A DNA stretch of 64,000 nt, from positions 324,322,001 through 324,386,000 of the forward strand of contig OZ024741.1 of the NCBI GenBank assembly GCA_964016885.1, read 5' to 3'. The position numbers were made by a program, and so were the translations under genes. Position 1 is the first letter of the stretch. The number at the start of each line of letters is the position of its first letter. Shown here in pieces: positions 1 to 14,483 of the stretch. The notes beneath the pieces were generated by a model. That model was given only the letters and a program-made list of their open reading frames with translations. It was not told where the DNA came from and ran no database searches. This DNA is from Eledone cirrhosa. Its lineage: Eukaryota.

Positions 1-1074
<1,074 letters not shown>

Positions 1075-2267
1075 TGTTTTATAGGTACAAGAGATTTAGC
1101 TAAAACTATATGTTTTATATATGATTAAATTGATGTTATAAAATATGCAATATGTTTCTCACTGGATATCGTCTGCTCAATATGGTTATATATTTAACAT
1201 AATACTACCCAGACATACGATGATTGTTTGAATGAATGTGTGGCCGGATGATGTATTAGAAAATCCGATTAATGTCCGAATGTTTTCGAGCACGAACAAA
1301 TAAGTGGAAAGAGAGAAAGATAAGAAATACGATTCTAAAGATATTATGTCTGAAATATATCGGAAATATATATAAAACAAAGTATATGTACGTGTGTGTG
1401 TGAGTATGTATGTGTGCATGTATGTATGTACGTATGTATGTACATATGTTTGTATGTATGTATGTATACATGGACACGCATACATGCACGCACACATGCA
1501 TACATTTATATATATACATATCGAGACAGAGAGAAACAGAGAAAAAAGAAAAGGGGTACAAGAAAATGTGGGTTGAAATACGCCAATATGCCACTGGGAG
1601 ATGATCGAAGATCGAAGAATAGATCATATCAATGATAATAGATACAAAAAAGTATAATGTTTTCCAAGAACGGACGGAAGCAGACATGTTAGATTCAAAG
1701 TTTAGCAGTATCTTTATGACATGAAACGGATGTAAGTTAAAATCCTTCGGGATAGGGCGCAAGTTAAGTGTATAATAACATTCTCTGATGACCTGGCATA
1801 GATTCATCTATTTTTCTGTTAATTTTCATGATTTCAGTCATTAGACTACCGCCATTCTGTGGCACGGCATTAAAGGGATTTTAGTCGATCACACCGTCTC
1901 TATTACTTATTTTATCGATCTCAATTTGTTACACCGCTATCTTTCGAGACATAAACACATACACACACGCACATAAATATATATACAGGCACACACACAC
2001 ACATATAAGTGTGTGTGCTGCATGAATGTATGTATCTTTAATTTATATAGAAATTACTTCTACATGATTATACTTGATGTGAAATCATGAGGAAAGTCAA
2101 ATAAAATTGGTCGGTATCATTATTTGTTGTTTCTATAGGATGGATGCTGAGTGGGTGATAGAAGGGAGATGGAGATGGAGAAGTAGGGAGTGTAAAAGAC
2201 GTTGAAATGTAGGTGAAGTAGATGGTAGAAGAAGAATGGGGTAAGAAAAAGGAAGGGGAAGGAATAA

Positions 2268-2700
2268 TAATTGTTTCTACTTTAGGCACAAGGCCAGCAA
2301 TTTGAAGAGGAGGGGAAAGTCGATTAAATGGACTCCAGTGTATTACTGGTGCTTTATTTTATGGACACAATAAGGATGAAATACAATGCTAACCTCGCGG
2401 GATTTGAACTCAGAACGTAGAGGGCCGTAACACTATGCTTCAAAGCATGTTGTCTGACGCCCTACCGATTGTCTGACTGCCAATCACCGCCTAAATTAGG
2501 GGGAAGGAATAATAATGGTTTTTACTTTAGGCAAAAGGCCAACATTTTGGGGGAGGAGCAAGTCGAGTAAATCAACCCCAGTGTGTTACTCGTACTTTAT
2601 TTTATCGGCGCCGTAAGGATGAAAGGCAGAACGTAAAGGGCCACACCTCCGTGCCGCTAAGCATGTTGGCCGACGCTCTACCGGAACTGACAATCCACGA
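2268..2700 (-). mobile_element. Two adjacent copies of the abundant tRNA-headed SINE (family S1)
   Basis: Reverse complement of the recurring GAGTTCAAATCCCGCCGAGGTTAACTTTGCCTTTCATCCTTACGGGGTCGATAAAATAAAGTACCAG...GTAGAAACAATTATT unit. Other copies near 8735-9070, 10272-10455, 13818-14005, 19862-19975, 43870-44040, 44360-44540, 44830-45020, 49625-49748 and 51285-51445. Confidence 0.8.
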
Positions 2701-4011
2701 TCGGCAAGAGCCCAGATATCATTCGCTTACCTAGGGGAATGGAACAATGTTTTCATTGGTCTTTCAGTTGCTGATATTATCTACCGGTCGCAACTTCTGG
2801 CCGAAAGAGTGATGTGGAATAAAGTGACTTTTTAAAGGACATAACACATCGCTAAGTTTGAGAATCGAACTCACAACCTCACAATTGTGATAGAATTCTC
2901 TAACCACCAGGCCACCTACCTTCACAATAAACCATGTTTTTTAATGATCACTTCTCAAGTATGTACCGCAACGGTATCAGATTCTATTGAGCGGTACAAC
3001 AACAACAACAATAACAACACGATGATGAGGTGTTCCTCCCTTTTCCGAGCGTGAACAGCTAAACTATACAAGTCTCCCGCGAAGAAGAAGAAGAAGAAGA
3101 AGAAGAAGAAGAAGAAGAAGAAGAAGAAGAAGAAGAAGAAGAAGAAGAAGAAGAAATGGGAACCTTTTTTTAACTATGCTCATTTCCCGATCCCCATATA
3201 TATATATTACTAGAGAGAAGAACCACGTTATACTTAAAACCTATCTTTATTCTAAATGGGTTTCAATGTAGATCTGTGGGCAATACCCCGATACATACGA
3301 GGCATTTGACCATCGCTCTATATATCTTCAGTAATTTAGATATTGTTTGAAGTTACGTACACAAGATAACTTCATACAACAGATGGGGATCTTACCATAC
3401 CAATTAATACATTGCAAATTACAAGCGCAATCAAAAGCAAAATCAAAGCAGAAGCGGTTTATTAAAAACAGTATATCAAAATGTAGTACTTCTGAACATC
3501 CATACATTAACAGACATATGATAAAAAATTAGAGGCAATGTTATATGAGAATTTGTGTATATTGACCAGAAATAAGGAGGACAGTAGTTAGTCAATTATA
3601 CGTTAGGCATATAAACATAAAATAATCAATGGAAAAATAAAAGTTCATAATTTCATAAGAATCCTAGTTTGAAAATATTTTTTCCAACGATACAAAAAAA
3701 TCTCTAACAAGAAAACACAAGTATCACGCTTCTCTATTATACTTCATATGTATCAATATTATTTATAATATAATGGTTTCTTTATTGGCCACAAGGGCTA
3801 CAATACTATAAAATAAAATGAAATATAAATACAAAAATATAGATAAACAATTATTTTCCAGAATTACATAGATTTATATATTAGAATGTTCTCCAAATGT
3901 ATGTATAAAAATAGGCATATAAAAAAACAATGTTACAATTATTAATTTAATGGAACTGAAAATAGCTATTATGATACTTAAGAAAATGAATAATCTTCAG
4001 TATTACCCGCA

Positions 4012-4090
<79 letters not shown>

Positions 4091-4096
<6 letters not shown>

Positions 4097-4642
4097 CGTA
4101 AAATAAGAAAATTATAAAATTAACTTACTTACTAAAAAATCACTTCCAACTAATTAGTTTCTGGAATGGAGTAAATATATTTTCCGAAGAAACACATAGA
4201 AAATCATTCCGTCATCAGGAAAGTCTTTTTCCGTATAGGTCTCCAGGCATAGCGAGGACACTGGAAACTTATTAAAAAAATAATTCAGTGGAATGGAAAT
4301 AGCAAAGCGTGGACTGGATTCCAAGCCATTGAGAAAATCACTGCCTCCTCGTCTTTGGCAAATTCAAAAAGAATCAATCACGTGACATCGAGGTCAATCA
4401 GTGGAAAGCGAGTGGTTATTAAGACAGCGGCCAGCTTACTACCATAGTAGCAGTCATGGCCAAATATTGCTCGACAAATGAATTGGAGATAATTATAAGG
4501 AATTTATATCTAGTAACATTTATATACACACAGATGCATATCAATGCAAGCAAATATATAGGTTTTGTCTTATTAACAATGTGGTTCAATGCATGGGGTT
4601 GCAGAACAATAATATGAGAGACGTAAAATAAGAAAATTATAA
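4091..4642 (-). mobile_element. Family C ORF-less retrozyme-like unit (period 525) with short terminal direct repeat
   Basis: GAGAGACGTAAAATAAGAAAATTATAA at 4091 and 4616; flanked by (TA)n; contains a hammerhead; diverged relative at 56995-57580. Confidence 0.7.
4142..4224 (-). ncRNA. Type I hammerhead ribozyme with palindromic stem III
   Basis: Minus strand: ACUUUC-CUGAUGA-cGGAAUG...CAUUCCa-GAAA-CUAAUUAG-UU/GGAAGU. Confidence 0.8.
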
Positions 4643-4870
4643 TATATATATATGTAGATAATATATATAATATATATATATGTAGATAAATCTACCAAAA
4701 TGTACGGTAGTGTCCAATCCGTATGAAGATCTCAATGTAATCCAAATATCATGAAAAGAGAAGATGTATTCAAAAGTTTTTTTCGATGAAAAACACAGGA
4801 AAACAGAGTCAAGATAAATTAATAAAAATAATGAATAAAAACAAAGAAATAGTTCCTTATATTAAAAAAT

Positions 4871-5008
4871 TCATCATTTTACGATCGTTTCTAGGATATA
4901 TATGTGTGTGTTGGTATGTATATCATATAGATCTATGTAAATTTTTTACAAACTATCAGAGGGAATATACATACCTACACATATATATGCTGTCTTCAGA
5001 AATAATGA
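4871..5008 (-). ncRNA. Type I hammerhead ribozyme in the Naiad 3' pseudo-LTR, long stem II
   Basis: Minus strand: UCAUUAUUU-CUGAAGA-[about 100 nt hairpin]-GAAA-CGAUCG-UA/AAAUGAUGA. Confidence 0.85.
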
Positions 5009-5887
5009 TATTTGTTTATTGAAAAAAACCAACAAAGATTTAATATAATAGGTCTGTTTGGGAACAGGTTTTGAATTGACCAATAGAAAGGTAGTAAGTG
5101 GTCAAGATGGTAGAATAGTAGTAATGGAACTTTAATTTAGGGGTAGAGGAAAGCAGATTTCAGTTTTGAATGGAAAGAGTATATTGAATGAAAAGATTAT
5201 TTTGGGGATGAAAATAGGTCAAGTCGGTAAAAGGTACACGAAAATTTGATGTTATAAAAGAATAATGCTAATGTAAATATCTAAGGAGAATAACATTTTA
5301 CGATCAATGTGTTAGTGAAAAATATCAATCTTATTTAAAACATAAGGAATTTACATCTATAAAAAGAAAATAAATTAATTAAATTGATAGGTATATTTAT
5401 ATTGATAAATTTATATTAATTCATATAGATATGATAAATAAGAGTTAGATGTAATTGAAGAATGCTGTTAAAAACGAAGGGAAAATAAAATAATAATTAT
5501 TATTATTATTGGGTGGGGGTAAATGTATTAGTGAGAAATAACAAATTTATATAGATTATAAGGAATATAGATTCATAACCTGAAATTAAAATAGTTTATA
5601 TGTATACTTATTGGTATAAATTTTAGGAAAAGATAGCTGTAAAAGGGAAATAAAATTATGCAGTTCATTAGTAGTAGGATATTAATTATAGGTTAACTAA
5701 TTTAAAAAAAGTGTTAATATAATAATTTGTAAAGTGTATATTAATTAGGTTTATAATATTTAAAAGTTCTTCTCATTTTATGATTACATGATATAATTAA
5801 TTCCTGTCGCTTATTTAGTAGGATATCCTTATATTTCATTATTTCAAAAAGTTCCTGGGAACATAATCTACATTCATATCTATTAGT

Positions 5888-5972
5888 TTCATCCTTACTG
5901 TGTCGATAAAATAAAGTACCAGTAATGCACTGGGTAATTGCTAGCCTTGTGCCTAAAGTAGAAACAATTATT
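5888..5972 (+). mobile_element. 3' fragment of SINE S1 inserted into the Naiad GIY-YIG coding region
   Basis: TTTCATCCTTAC...GTCGATAAAATAAAGTACCAG...GTAGAAACAATTATT lies between the VTPY and YECRLC segments. Confidence 0.85.
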
Positions 5973-8420
5973 TTGATAAGGGGTGACCCTTTTGAGCACA
6001 CTCCAGGTCAGGTTATAATCTATATTCCTTTTTCTATAATTATTAATTATTTCAGCTAAGGATGTTGTATTAGCTAATGCGGCATTTTTAAAACTGTGTT
6101 TGTGGGTATTAAATCTTATTTTAAATTGGTTAGAAGTAGCTCCTATATATGAATAAGTTGAGTCCTTAGTGTTAATTTTACATTTATATACTATGTTATT
6201 AATAAGGCAATTTCCTTTTAATGGGCAATTTGCTTTGTTTCTACAGTTACAACCTTTCGTGAATGTTGTATCAGAGGAGATAGTCAAATTAGGTGTGGAA
6301 TTTTCTCGACTTGTTGTATGTGAATGAGATGGTGGTTTGCTGTGGTTTATTTTAGTATTATGGTTAGTTTGATGTATTGGTGGTATATTCATGTTTTTTT
6401 ACACTTATATGCATTATAGGCACTTATATTTTGTTGTATATTTTTGGTTGTTGAGTAGGAGAATTTAACCGTTGATCTATTTAAAATTTGATGGTATTTA
6501 TGGTTTGGCGGGAATTTTTCTCTAGGATAGTAAAACATTTTTTTAGGTATATTATCTTTAATTTGTAGATTAAATGGAGCATTATACCAAGTAACTCGTC
6601 TATTACGGTTTCGATGTTGTTTATTATTTTTATATGATGTATCCTGATGTTTATTAAGAGAATTAGTATTAGTGATTTTATTACACATATTTTTAGTTAG
6701 ATTCATTGATTTAGGTGTTTTAGTCTGTTTATTAGGAATTTTGTTATTAACATATATTGGAATATTAGGATGAATGGTTTTTTGAAAGTTACTATATTGT
6801 ATATTAGAAGAGTTAGAGAAATTAAGTTTTATGTTGGTATTTTTGGATATAGTGTGAGTGGCATTTAGGTGTGTATAGTTCATTTGGTGTCTGTTGGTAA
6901 TATTGGGTTGTATGTTTGTAGTGTTATTGGTACAAGGTATATATACTAATTTGTTTTTGTGGCCGCTTCTAGCTAAAGCTTCGTTATAAAAGGTCGCATT
7001 TTGATCAAATACATCCTGGTTAGACGAAAGGTTAGAAATTCTGAGTGAGATATTATATGCTAGGTTTTTAAGGATAGATTTAGGGTAATTAGATTGTGAG
7101 TGTATGTAATGTAAGTTTTGGCTAGGTTTATGGTAAGGTTGGTAGATACCCGTAGATAAGTCTAATGTTATATCAAGGAAATTAACTACTTTACTTGTGT
7201 TTTCAAATGTAATATCGAGACTATAATAGTCTTTGAGGAAAGTTCTAATAAGTTTTTTTATTTTTTCAATATCTGATATGCTAAGGTTATTGGAAAGAAG
7301 AAGACAGTCGTCACGATATAAACCACCTTTAAGGTGGGGAAAATAAGTATTTATGTTAAATAGAAGAAAGAGGCCCACAAGATCGGTAATTTGGGCAGAA
7401 TCACTGGAGCCCATAGTAATGTCGAATAGATTACTATATGTGTTTCTGGTCCAGTATTCTTTCTGAAATTCCAGTAGTGTTTTTCTAGCATGTGTGATAA
7501 TATTAATGTCATCCATAGTTAAGTTTGATCTATTTTTGGCAAATATCAAGGCTTTGTTCAGGAGTATAGGTGATATAGAGGAATAATAAGCATCTATATC
7601 GAATTGTAGAAATGAAGCAGACGATTTATTTCTAATATTAGTAAACCAGTTAATTACCTGGGATGTGTTTTCCCAGAGTGGTAAATTAACATGTTTTCTT
7701 AATTGTGGGATGACTCTATCTAAAAAAATTTTACTAATGATGCCAATGTCAGATTTGGAAGGGCATATAAGCCTTATAGAAGGATTAGAGTTAAAATTAG
7801 ATTTGTGATCTTTCAGGTTAAAATGTGGTTTTTTCAGTGCCAAAGGTTCAGTTCTATCTTCAATATTAAGCCTATTTACTATGTTGCGTGTTTTGTTGTT
7901 GATGTTGGTAAGTGCCGCATTGTTTGTTTTTTTTATAATTTTTCCTGAGTTCTTTATATATGAACTCATTGTAATTATCAATATCCATGTGATACAGATT
8001 TCCAGTTTTGTCAGAGTGGACATGGATTTTGTTAGATTTTTTTAGATCCAATAGGGTAGAATCAAGATCCTTTTGAAAATTAGATTTATATTTCTTAAAT
8101 TTGAGGTGTTTGATTAACTTAAAAAGGTCTTTCTCGAAGTTTTCAAGCAAGGAGTTGTGTGGTGGGTTCTTATATGTAGTGAAATCATATATATATATAT
8201 TTATATATACTATCAACACATGCATAAACTCACACTCACACATACAAGCACACACATCCCACCCACCCACATATATATATATATATATATATATATGTCT
8301 GTGTGTGTGTGTGTGTGTGTGTGAGTGTGTGTGTGTGTGCATCAAAACCAACATGTAAAACTTCAAATATGTATCGACATGTTTAATAATGTTCAAATGT
8401 TTCCTCATTCATTCGTCTAG

Positions 8421-8533
8421 GACCGGGTCTTGTGTTTGTTGTGTACCCTGAAGCGCTTTCACAATTTGCTGCAGCTCCCGTATGGTCTGCTCTATTCTTC
8501 CTCATGATGCTTTGTTTGGGGTTCAGTTCGCTG
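8421..8533 (+). CDS. SLC6 sodium-dependent transporter, exon for EL4-TM8 (earlier exons not found in the window)
   Basis: ag|GA CCG GGT...CTG|gtaag, 113 bp; (G)PGLVFVVYPEALSQFAAAPVWSALFFLMMLCLGFSSL matches the SLC6 GPGLxFxxYP...WSxLFFxM motif. Confidence 0.95.
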
Positions 8534-9682
8534 GTAAGTGTAAAGCTATGTAAAACTTAATTAAATTGACTTCATTATTAAAAAACAGAAATGGTGGATT
8601 GGAGCAACATTAGAGTTCAAATTCCGACGGCTTGACACCCTTGCCATCCCCCCACCCCACCCCAGTTAAGTACCAGTTAAGTACTGGGGTCGATATAATC
8701 GACATATTGCTGAACGACATGCCAAATTTAGAAATAATAATTGTTTCTACTTTAGGCACAAGGCCAGCAATTACCCACTGCATTACTGGTGCTTTATTTT
8801 ATCGACCCCCGTAATGATGAAAGGTAAAGTAAACCTCGGCCGGATTTGAACTCAGACCGTAATGGGACGTAACTTTGCTGGAAAGCAGGGCGTCCGACTC
8901 TCTACCGATACTGCCAATCCACATAATGGCTTCTGATATAGGCACAAAGCCAAGAATTTATGGGGGAGCGGAAAGTCGATTACATCGACCCCAGCGTGTT
9001 ACTGGTACATTATTATATCGGTCCGGTAAGGAGGAAAGGCAAAGCTAACCTTGGCGTGATTTGAGATCGATAAAATAAAGCACCAGTAATGCAATGGCGT
9101 TGATTTACTCGACTTTACCCTTCCCTTAAATTTATTTGATTTGTGCCTAAATCAGAAACTAATATTAGGAGATCCAGTGTAAATAGGAATAAAAAAAATA
9201 GAGAAGTATTATTAAGACATCCAGCATGAATGCACACCACCACCATCATCAGCGCCACCAGCACCACCAGCACCACTTCTATCACCCTCACCACCACCAA
9301 TATCACCATCACCACTAAACAAATATCATAGCTATCATCATCACCATCGACATATGTGTGTATAGAGTTCTGATATTCATCAAAGTTATTCCAATGTCAA
9401 GAAGTCAGGGAAGGTCACACTGTTGCCAAAATATCGACACCATATTGGATCTCATTCAAGATCAATGCAATGTAATGTAGCTTTGAAGATTAATCTTTTT
9501 ACACACATTCACATACACATACTTACATACACACTTATATACACGCAGGTGTATGCGTTTGCGTGAGGGTACCCGCAAGTATGTGCATTTGTGTATATGT
9601 ACTCACACACAGCACACATATATTATATGTATATATAAAAAAAAATATATATATACATACACATTTATATGTGCGTGTGTGC

Positions 9683-9725
<43 letters not shown>

Positions 9726-9745
9726 TATACGCACACACAGACCTA

Positions 9746-9776
<31 letters not shown>

Positions 9777-9805
9777 TTATAAATATGCACGCACACACAC
9801 ATATA

Positions 9806-9895
<90 letters not shown>

Positions 9896-9933
9896 GTATG
9901 TATATATATATGTATATATATATATATATATAT

Positions 9934-10090
9934 AACGAAGGAAATGTGGTAAGGAACCAGGTGGACCATAACTCACCAAAGTACTCAATACGTAGGGTAG
10001 TCGAGTGGGTAATAGGAACGAGTAGGACCCCGACGGCCGAGAATTATCCGTCGAAACGGCTTGAGCTCAGCCGTCGGGGTCCTACTCGTT

Positions 10091-10095
<5 letters not shown>
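9934..10095. mobile_element. Family B PLE-type terminal fragment in fold-back arrangement with half hammerhead
   Basis: AGGAACGAGTAGGACCCCGACGG...CCGTC-GAAA-CGGCT-tgagctc-AGCCG-TC-GGGGTCCTACTCGTTCCT; relatives at 16990-17166, 55398-55548 and 55627-55820. Confidence 0.65.
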
Positions 10096-10174
<79 letters not shown>

Positions 10175-10456
10175 TATATATATATAAATAAAATATAGAG
10201 TTGTTAACTCATATAGATACCCTGCAATTAACAAGCTCAAAGTATAAATACTGAGCATTATAATATTAATATGGCGGTGGATTGGGAGAGGTTCGGACGC
10301 CATGCTTTGACGCATATAGTTACGGCCCTTGCCATTCTGAGTTCAAATCCCGCCGAGGTTAACTTTGCCTTTCATCCTTACGGGGTCGATAAAATAAAGT
10401 ACCAGTAATGTACTGGGTAATTTTCTGGCCTTGTGCCAATAGTAGAAACAATTATA

Positions 10457-10701
10457 ATATTAATATGTGTAGAAGTAAACACGGTAAATCCTGTGTCTAG
10501 AATTACGAGGGTAGATTACACCACAAATGTTACATATAAATTAACCTGAATCATATGGGATGTTACAAGATTTCTTATAAGATTTCTCATACATACCAAA
10601 TCAATATGATTCAGGTTAATTTATATGTAACATTTGTAGTGTAATCTACCCTCGTAATTCTAGACACAGGATTTACTGTTTACTTCTACACATATTAATA
10701 T
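10457..10701. repeat. About 100 bp inverted repeat with 47 bp spacer (MITE-like or fold-back)
   Basis: 10457-10556 is a near-perfect reverse complement of 10604-10701; AT-rich flanks. Confidence 0.8.
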
Positions 10702-10797
10702 ATATATATTTATATATATATATATTTATATATATATATATTTATATATATATATATTTATATATATATGTATGTATATATATATATATAAATACAT

Positions 10798-10919
<122 letters not shown>

Positions 10920-11083
10920 GGATCGATCGACTTTCGTCAAATCGGACCGAGGAAACAATGTTTCCGTTGGTCTTTCCAGTTGCTAGTACTATCTATCGGT
11001 CGCAACTCCAGGTAGAAGGAGCAACGTGAAATAAAGTGTCTTGCTCAAGGACATAACGCATCGCCCCGTCCAGGAATCGAACT

Positions 11084-11086
<3 letters not shown>
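10920..11086 (-). mobile_element. CORE-like tRNA-derived SINE (family S2)
   Basis: Minus strand GAGTTCGATTCC B-box, then GTCCTTGAGCAAGACACTTTATTTCAC (CORE-like). Other copies near 2720-2925, 15890-16183, 23935-24290, 48150-48345 and 59397-59610. Confidence 0.7.
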
Positions 11087-11175
<89 letters not shown>

Positions 11176-11260
11176 TTATATGTGTGTGGTGTGTGTGAAT
11201 ACATATATATATATAGAGAGAGAGATTACATGAAACAAAGTTCTGTTTAAATCATTTATC

Positions 11261-11307
11261 TGCTTACAATTGTTTCTTCCAAACCGAGGCTTGGAGTCTT
11301 CGGAGCA
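11261..11307 (-). ncRNA. Type I hammerhead with U4C core change, at the end of an ORF-less PLE-like tract
   Basis: Minus strand: UGCU-CCGAAGA-cUCCAAGC-cucg-GUUUGGAa-GAAA-CAAUUG-UA/AGCA. Confidence 0.7.
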
Positions 11308-12584
11308 ATTATTCAGTGATTTTTAGCACACTTGACCTCCTATTCAACACAAGAGACATACAGAAACATATGTATATATTGACCCACAGTGGGTTGACAT
11401 CCATTATAATAATACAGCATGGTAATTTACATACAAAGATTACAGTCATATTAAAGGACAAAATTAAAGTTAAAATAAAAATAAAAATAAAACATTGGCA
11501 GTCTACTAAGATAAAGCAAAAGGAAAGTTTGGAGTAGCCAGTGTATGCAACAGTCACACGTGTGGCATGCACGCGTGTCCTATTTATACAAGATTATAGT
11601 GCAGCAGATTGTTACAAGTAAAACAAGCAGTCAAAGCAGGCAATTAAGAGCATCATGGGGGCTGAACTGGTTAAGCATTATTTACACACACCTGTACGAT
11701 ATAGAAGCCCGTGTGTGGAGAAACACCAAAAATCTCAAAAATATCACAAATGAGAAGCAAAACAGCACCACTGTCCTCGTACACACCACCACTCTCACAA
11801 TCCAGGAAACGCAATTTATAGACTACATGTCCATCTCACAATCCATGATGATTCAACATTGGGTGCCTGGTGAACCATGCTAGAACATCACAGCTTGTCG
11901 ATCTTTAATTCGATTCCATAGAGTAGGTTGTTTTTGTTGTGAGAGGTGACATCGTATTATATTCCGGAAGTGTGTGTGTGATTAAGGGGAGCTAATGCGT
12001 AAGAGGAGGTAACTAGCTGATTCCTATAGCTAAATTTATTATCCTAAAGTACATTAATGGTGTTTCAAATGAGTTCTCATCATATAAGGTTATAATCAAT
12101 TTCTAAATTTAAGTATCTTATCTATAAATTACAGTGTATCCTATCAAGAAGTACTAAAGGTGTTCATATTAGGATGATTACCTTTTATCATAGAGTGCCC
12201 CCACCGAACATTCCACGTGAAGAGTCAGATCTCCAAATCAATGATCTTTGTAAGTGTAGTCCACCCGCAGGACCTGGCAGGGTCCTATTAGAATCACTTC
12301 TATATATGACTCCTGGTAAGTTCTGGGTCATTGCATGACTGATTGCATGGCAAAGTTAAATATCACTAGGGTAGTCCAGAGATCAATTCTCACTTACAAA
12401 GACACTGATATGACTATCAAGTCATACATGTATTTATAACTCATACATCACCTGTACATAATTCATTGCACTCAGCATATAGATTATATAGCTCATTTAG
12501 GGTATAATATAACTATTTATGGTATAATATATATATAACTATAAAAGGTTTTAGTATATACATAACCATAAATAGTATCCTTAA

Positions 12585-12704
<120 letters not shown>

Positions 12705-12919
12705 GCGTGTACACGAACGTATTCCAATATTTATGGACAACCAGGCACATATTAACATTCATTTACATCCATAAATATGCTCCTCACATTGAATATTATA
12801 TTCATGCATATATGTGGTGGATGGGGTGATCATGTTAGTTGAAGAATTGCGTTACTTTATTTAATTAGTAGGTTGGTAATATATAAATATTAGCTCTGTG
12901 CTAGTTGTTAAGTCATGAT

Positions 12920-13745
12920 ATATATACATTTTTCAAAATGAGAGTGGGACCAACGGCAACATCTATCTATCCAAATCGTTTGTTCGTGACTGTTTACTTT
13001 ATGACTTCAAATGTGGCCTAAGCGCAGCAGTATCGCGTCGACGCTTTAACAAACCATTTGGGTCACACACCATGACTGAACACAGTGCCTCAGACTGGTT
13101 TGCACGCTTTCGTTCTGGGGAGTCCAGCCTTGAAGATCGACCACATGCAGGACATCCATATATATGACTACAATGGCAAGTAACTGCCTGAACTGGTGGA
13201 AGCCGACCCACACTAGATATCACGTCAACTCTCCGAAGTACTTGGGCAATGGAAAACAACCATTATCAATCACTTGCATGCAATAGGGAAGGTGTCGAAG
13301 CTGGACTAATGGGTGCCCCGCCTTCTGCTTGACAGTAATCGTAAAAGTCGGGCGGCGAGTGGGACCTCTCTGTTCTTCTACCATCGCACAACCAATGATT
13401 ACGTTCCATTGTCAGTAGTGATGAAAAATGGTGTGTCTTCATATATGTCAAGCCCAAGCCATCGTCGTCTTATAAATTGTGTGTGCCACAACGACAAGAA
13501 AAGGCTGGCCACCACGCTCGCAAAGCCCTACTGAGCTTTTGGTGGGATTGACACATATCATCCAATATTAGCTACTCTCACTGAGCACCAACATAATCTC
13601 TGACGTCTATTGCCAACAACACGACAGATTAGCAGAGAAAATCCCACTGGTGCATCCGCACCATAGCCCTCTTCGGTTCTTTAATGATAAGGTTCGCCCG
13701 ATAACATCAAGCATGACGCGTGAGAAGCTGTTGGAGCTAGGATGT
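12920..13745 (+). pseudogene. Degenerate mariner transposase
   Basis: WFARFRSGESSLEDRPHAGHP, TIINHLHAIGKVSKLD*WVP, SDEKW, LSFWWD and YCQQHDRL across shifted frames with stops. Confidence 0.85.
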
Positions 13746-14123
13746 AGATTTTGCGGTTACCTCCCCTTTTTCCTTTACATTTGATATTTAATAGCTTTTT
13801 TTCTTATTTATTGTAAACGTGGATTGGCAGTATCGGTAGAGAGTCGGACGCCATGCTTTGAAGCATAGAGTTACGTCCCTTTATGATCTGAATTCAAATC
13901 CCGCCGAGGTTAACTTTGCCTTTCATCCTTACGGGGTCGATAAAATAAAGTACCAGTAATGTACTGGGTATTTGCTGGCCTTGTACCTAAAATAGAAACA
14001 ATTATATAACTGAACTCAATAAAAATGTTATCTCTCGTATTAAAAAGATATCAAATGTTATTTATATATGCTTTTCCACGTTGTTTAATTTATTTTTATT
14101 GCTTTGTTTCTTCTTCTTCCTAG

Positions 14124-14261
14124 TTTTCTGGCTCTGAGTTGATTTTTACAGCAATAATAGATGACTACGCCCAGTTCCTCCGTAAGAAGAAAGCTAGCAT
14201 CATATTCCGTCTCCTCATGTGTACAGTGTTCTTTCTGTTTGGCCTCAGCATGATGACAAAC
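14124..14261 (+). CDS. SLC6 exon (end of TM8, TM9)
   Basis: cttcctag|TTT...AAC|gtaag, 138 bp, phase 0/0; FSGSELIFTAIIDDYAQFLRKKKASIIFRLLMCTVFFLFGLSMMTN. Confidence 0.95.
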
Positions 14262-14425
14262 GTAAGAAAATATTAACTCATCATTCATAATACTTATATT
14301 CATCTTCCTTATTTCAATCCCTCACTTTCTTTAACTCCTTATCCAATCTCCCCTCCCCCGTAGCCACAAATATACCTCCCTCCAACAACCGCTCCCAACC
14401 CCCAGAAGAAACGTCGACGATAAAC

Positions 14426-14479
<54 letters not shown>

Positions 14480-14483
14480 ATAC

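Larger units (their letters stand above)
4675..8180 (-). mobile_element. Penelope-like retroelement, Naiad-type (RT plus C-terminal GIY-YIG), 5'-truncated and frameshifted
   Basis: ORFs 7872-8408 (SDKTGNLY), 6389-8023 (LKDHK, RLICPSKS, FDIDAYY, TMGSSDSAQ, YRDD), 5895-6392 (CNCRNKANCPLKGNC, VYKC, YIG, FKIRFNTHKHSF) and 5741-6001 (CRLC, LLNKRQE). The 3' region carries a hammerhead. Confidence 0.9.

Noticed and set aside
1800-1960. Possible upstream SLC6 (TM7) exon after TTTCAG
   Set aside because: No SLC6-like translation; resembles a decayed SINE.
3255-3335. Minus-strand CUGAAGA...GAAA
   Set aside because: Stems I and III could not be paired convincingly.
6389-6391. TGA in Naiad-1 as possible selenocysteine (some Naiads are selenoproteins)
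   Set aside because: It follows an A-run frameshift in a linker, not a Cys position. The Trp (TGG) at a Cys site in Naiad-2 is equally explained by point mutation, and I saw no SECIS.
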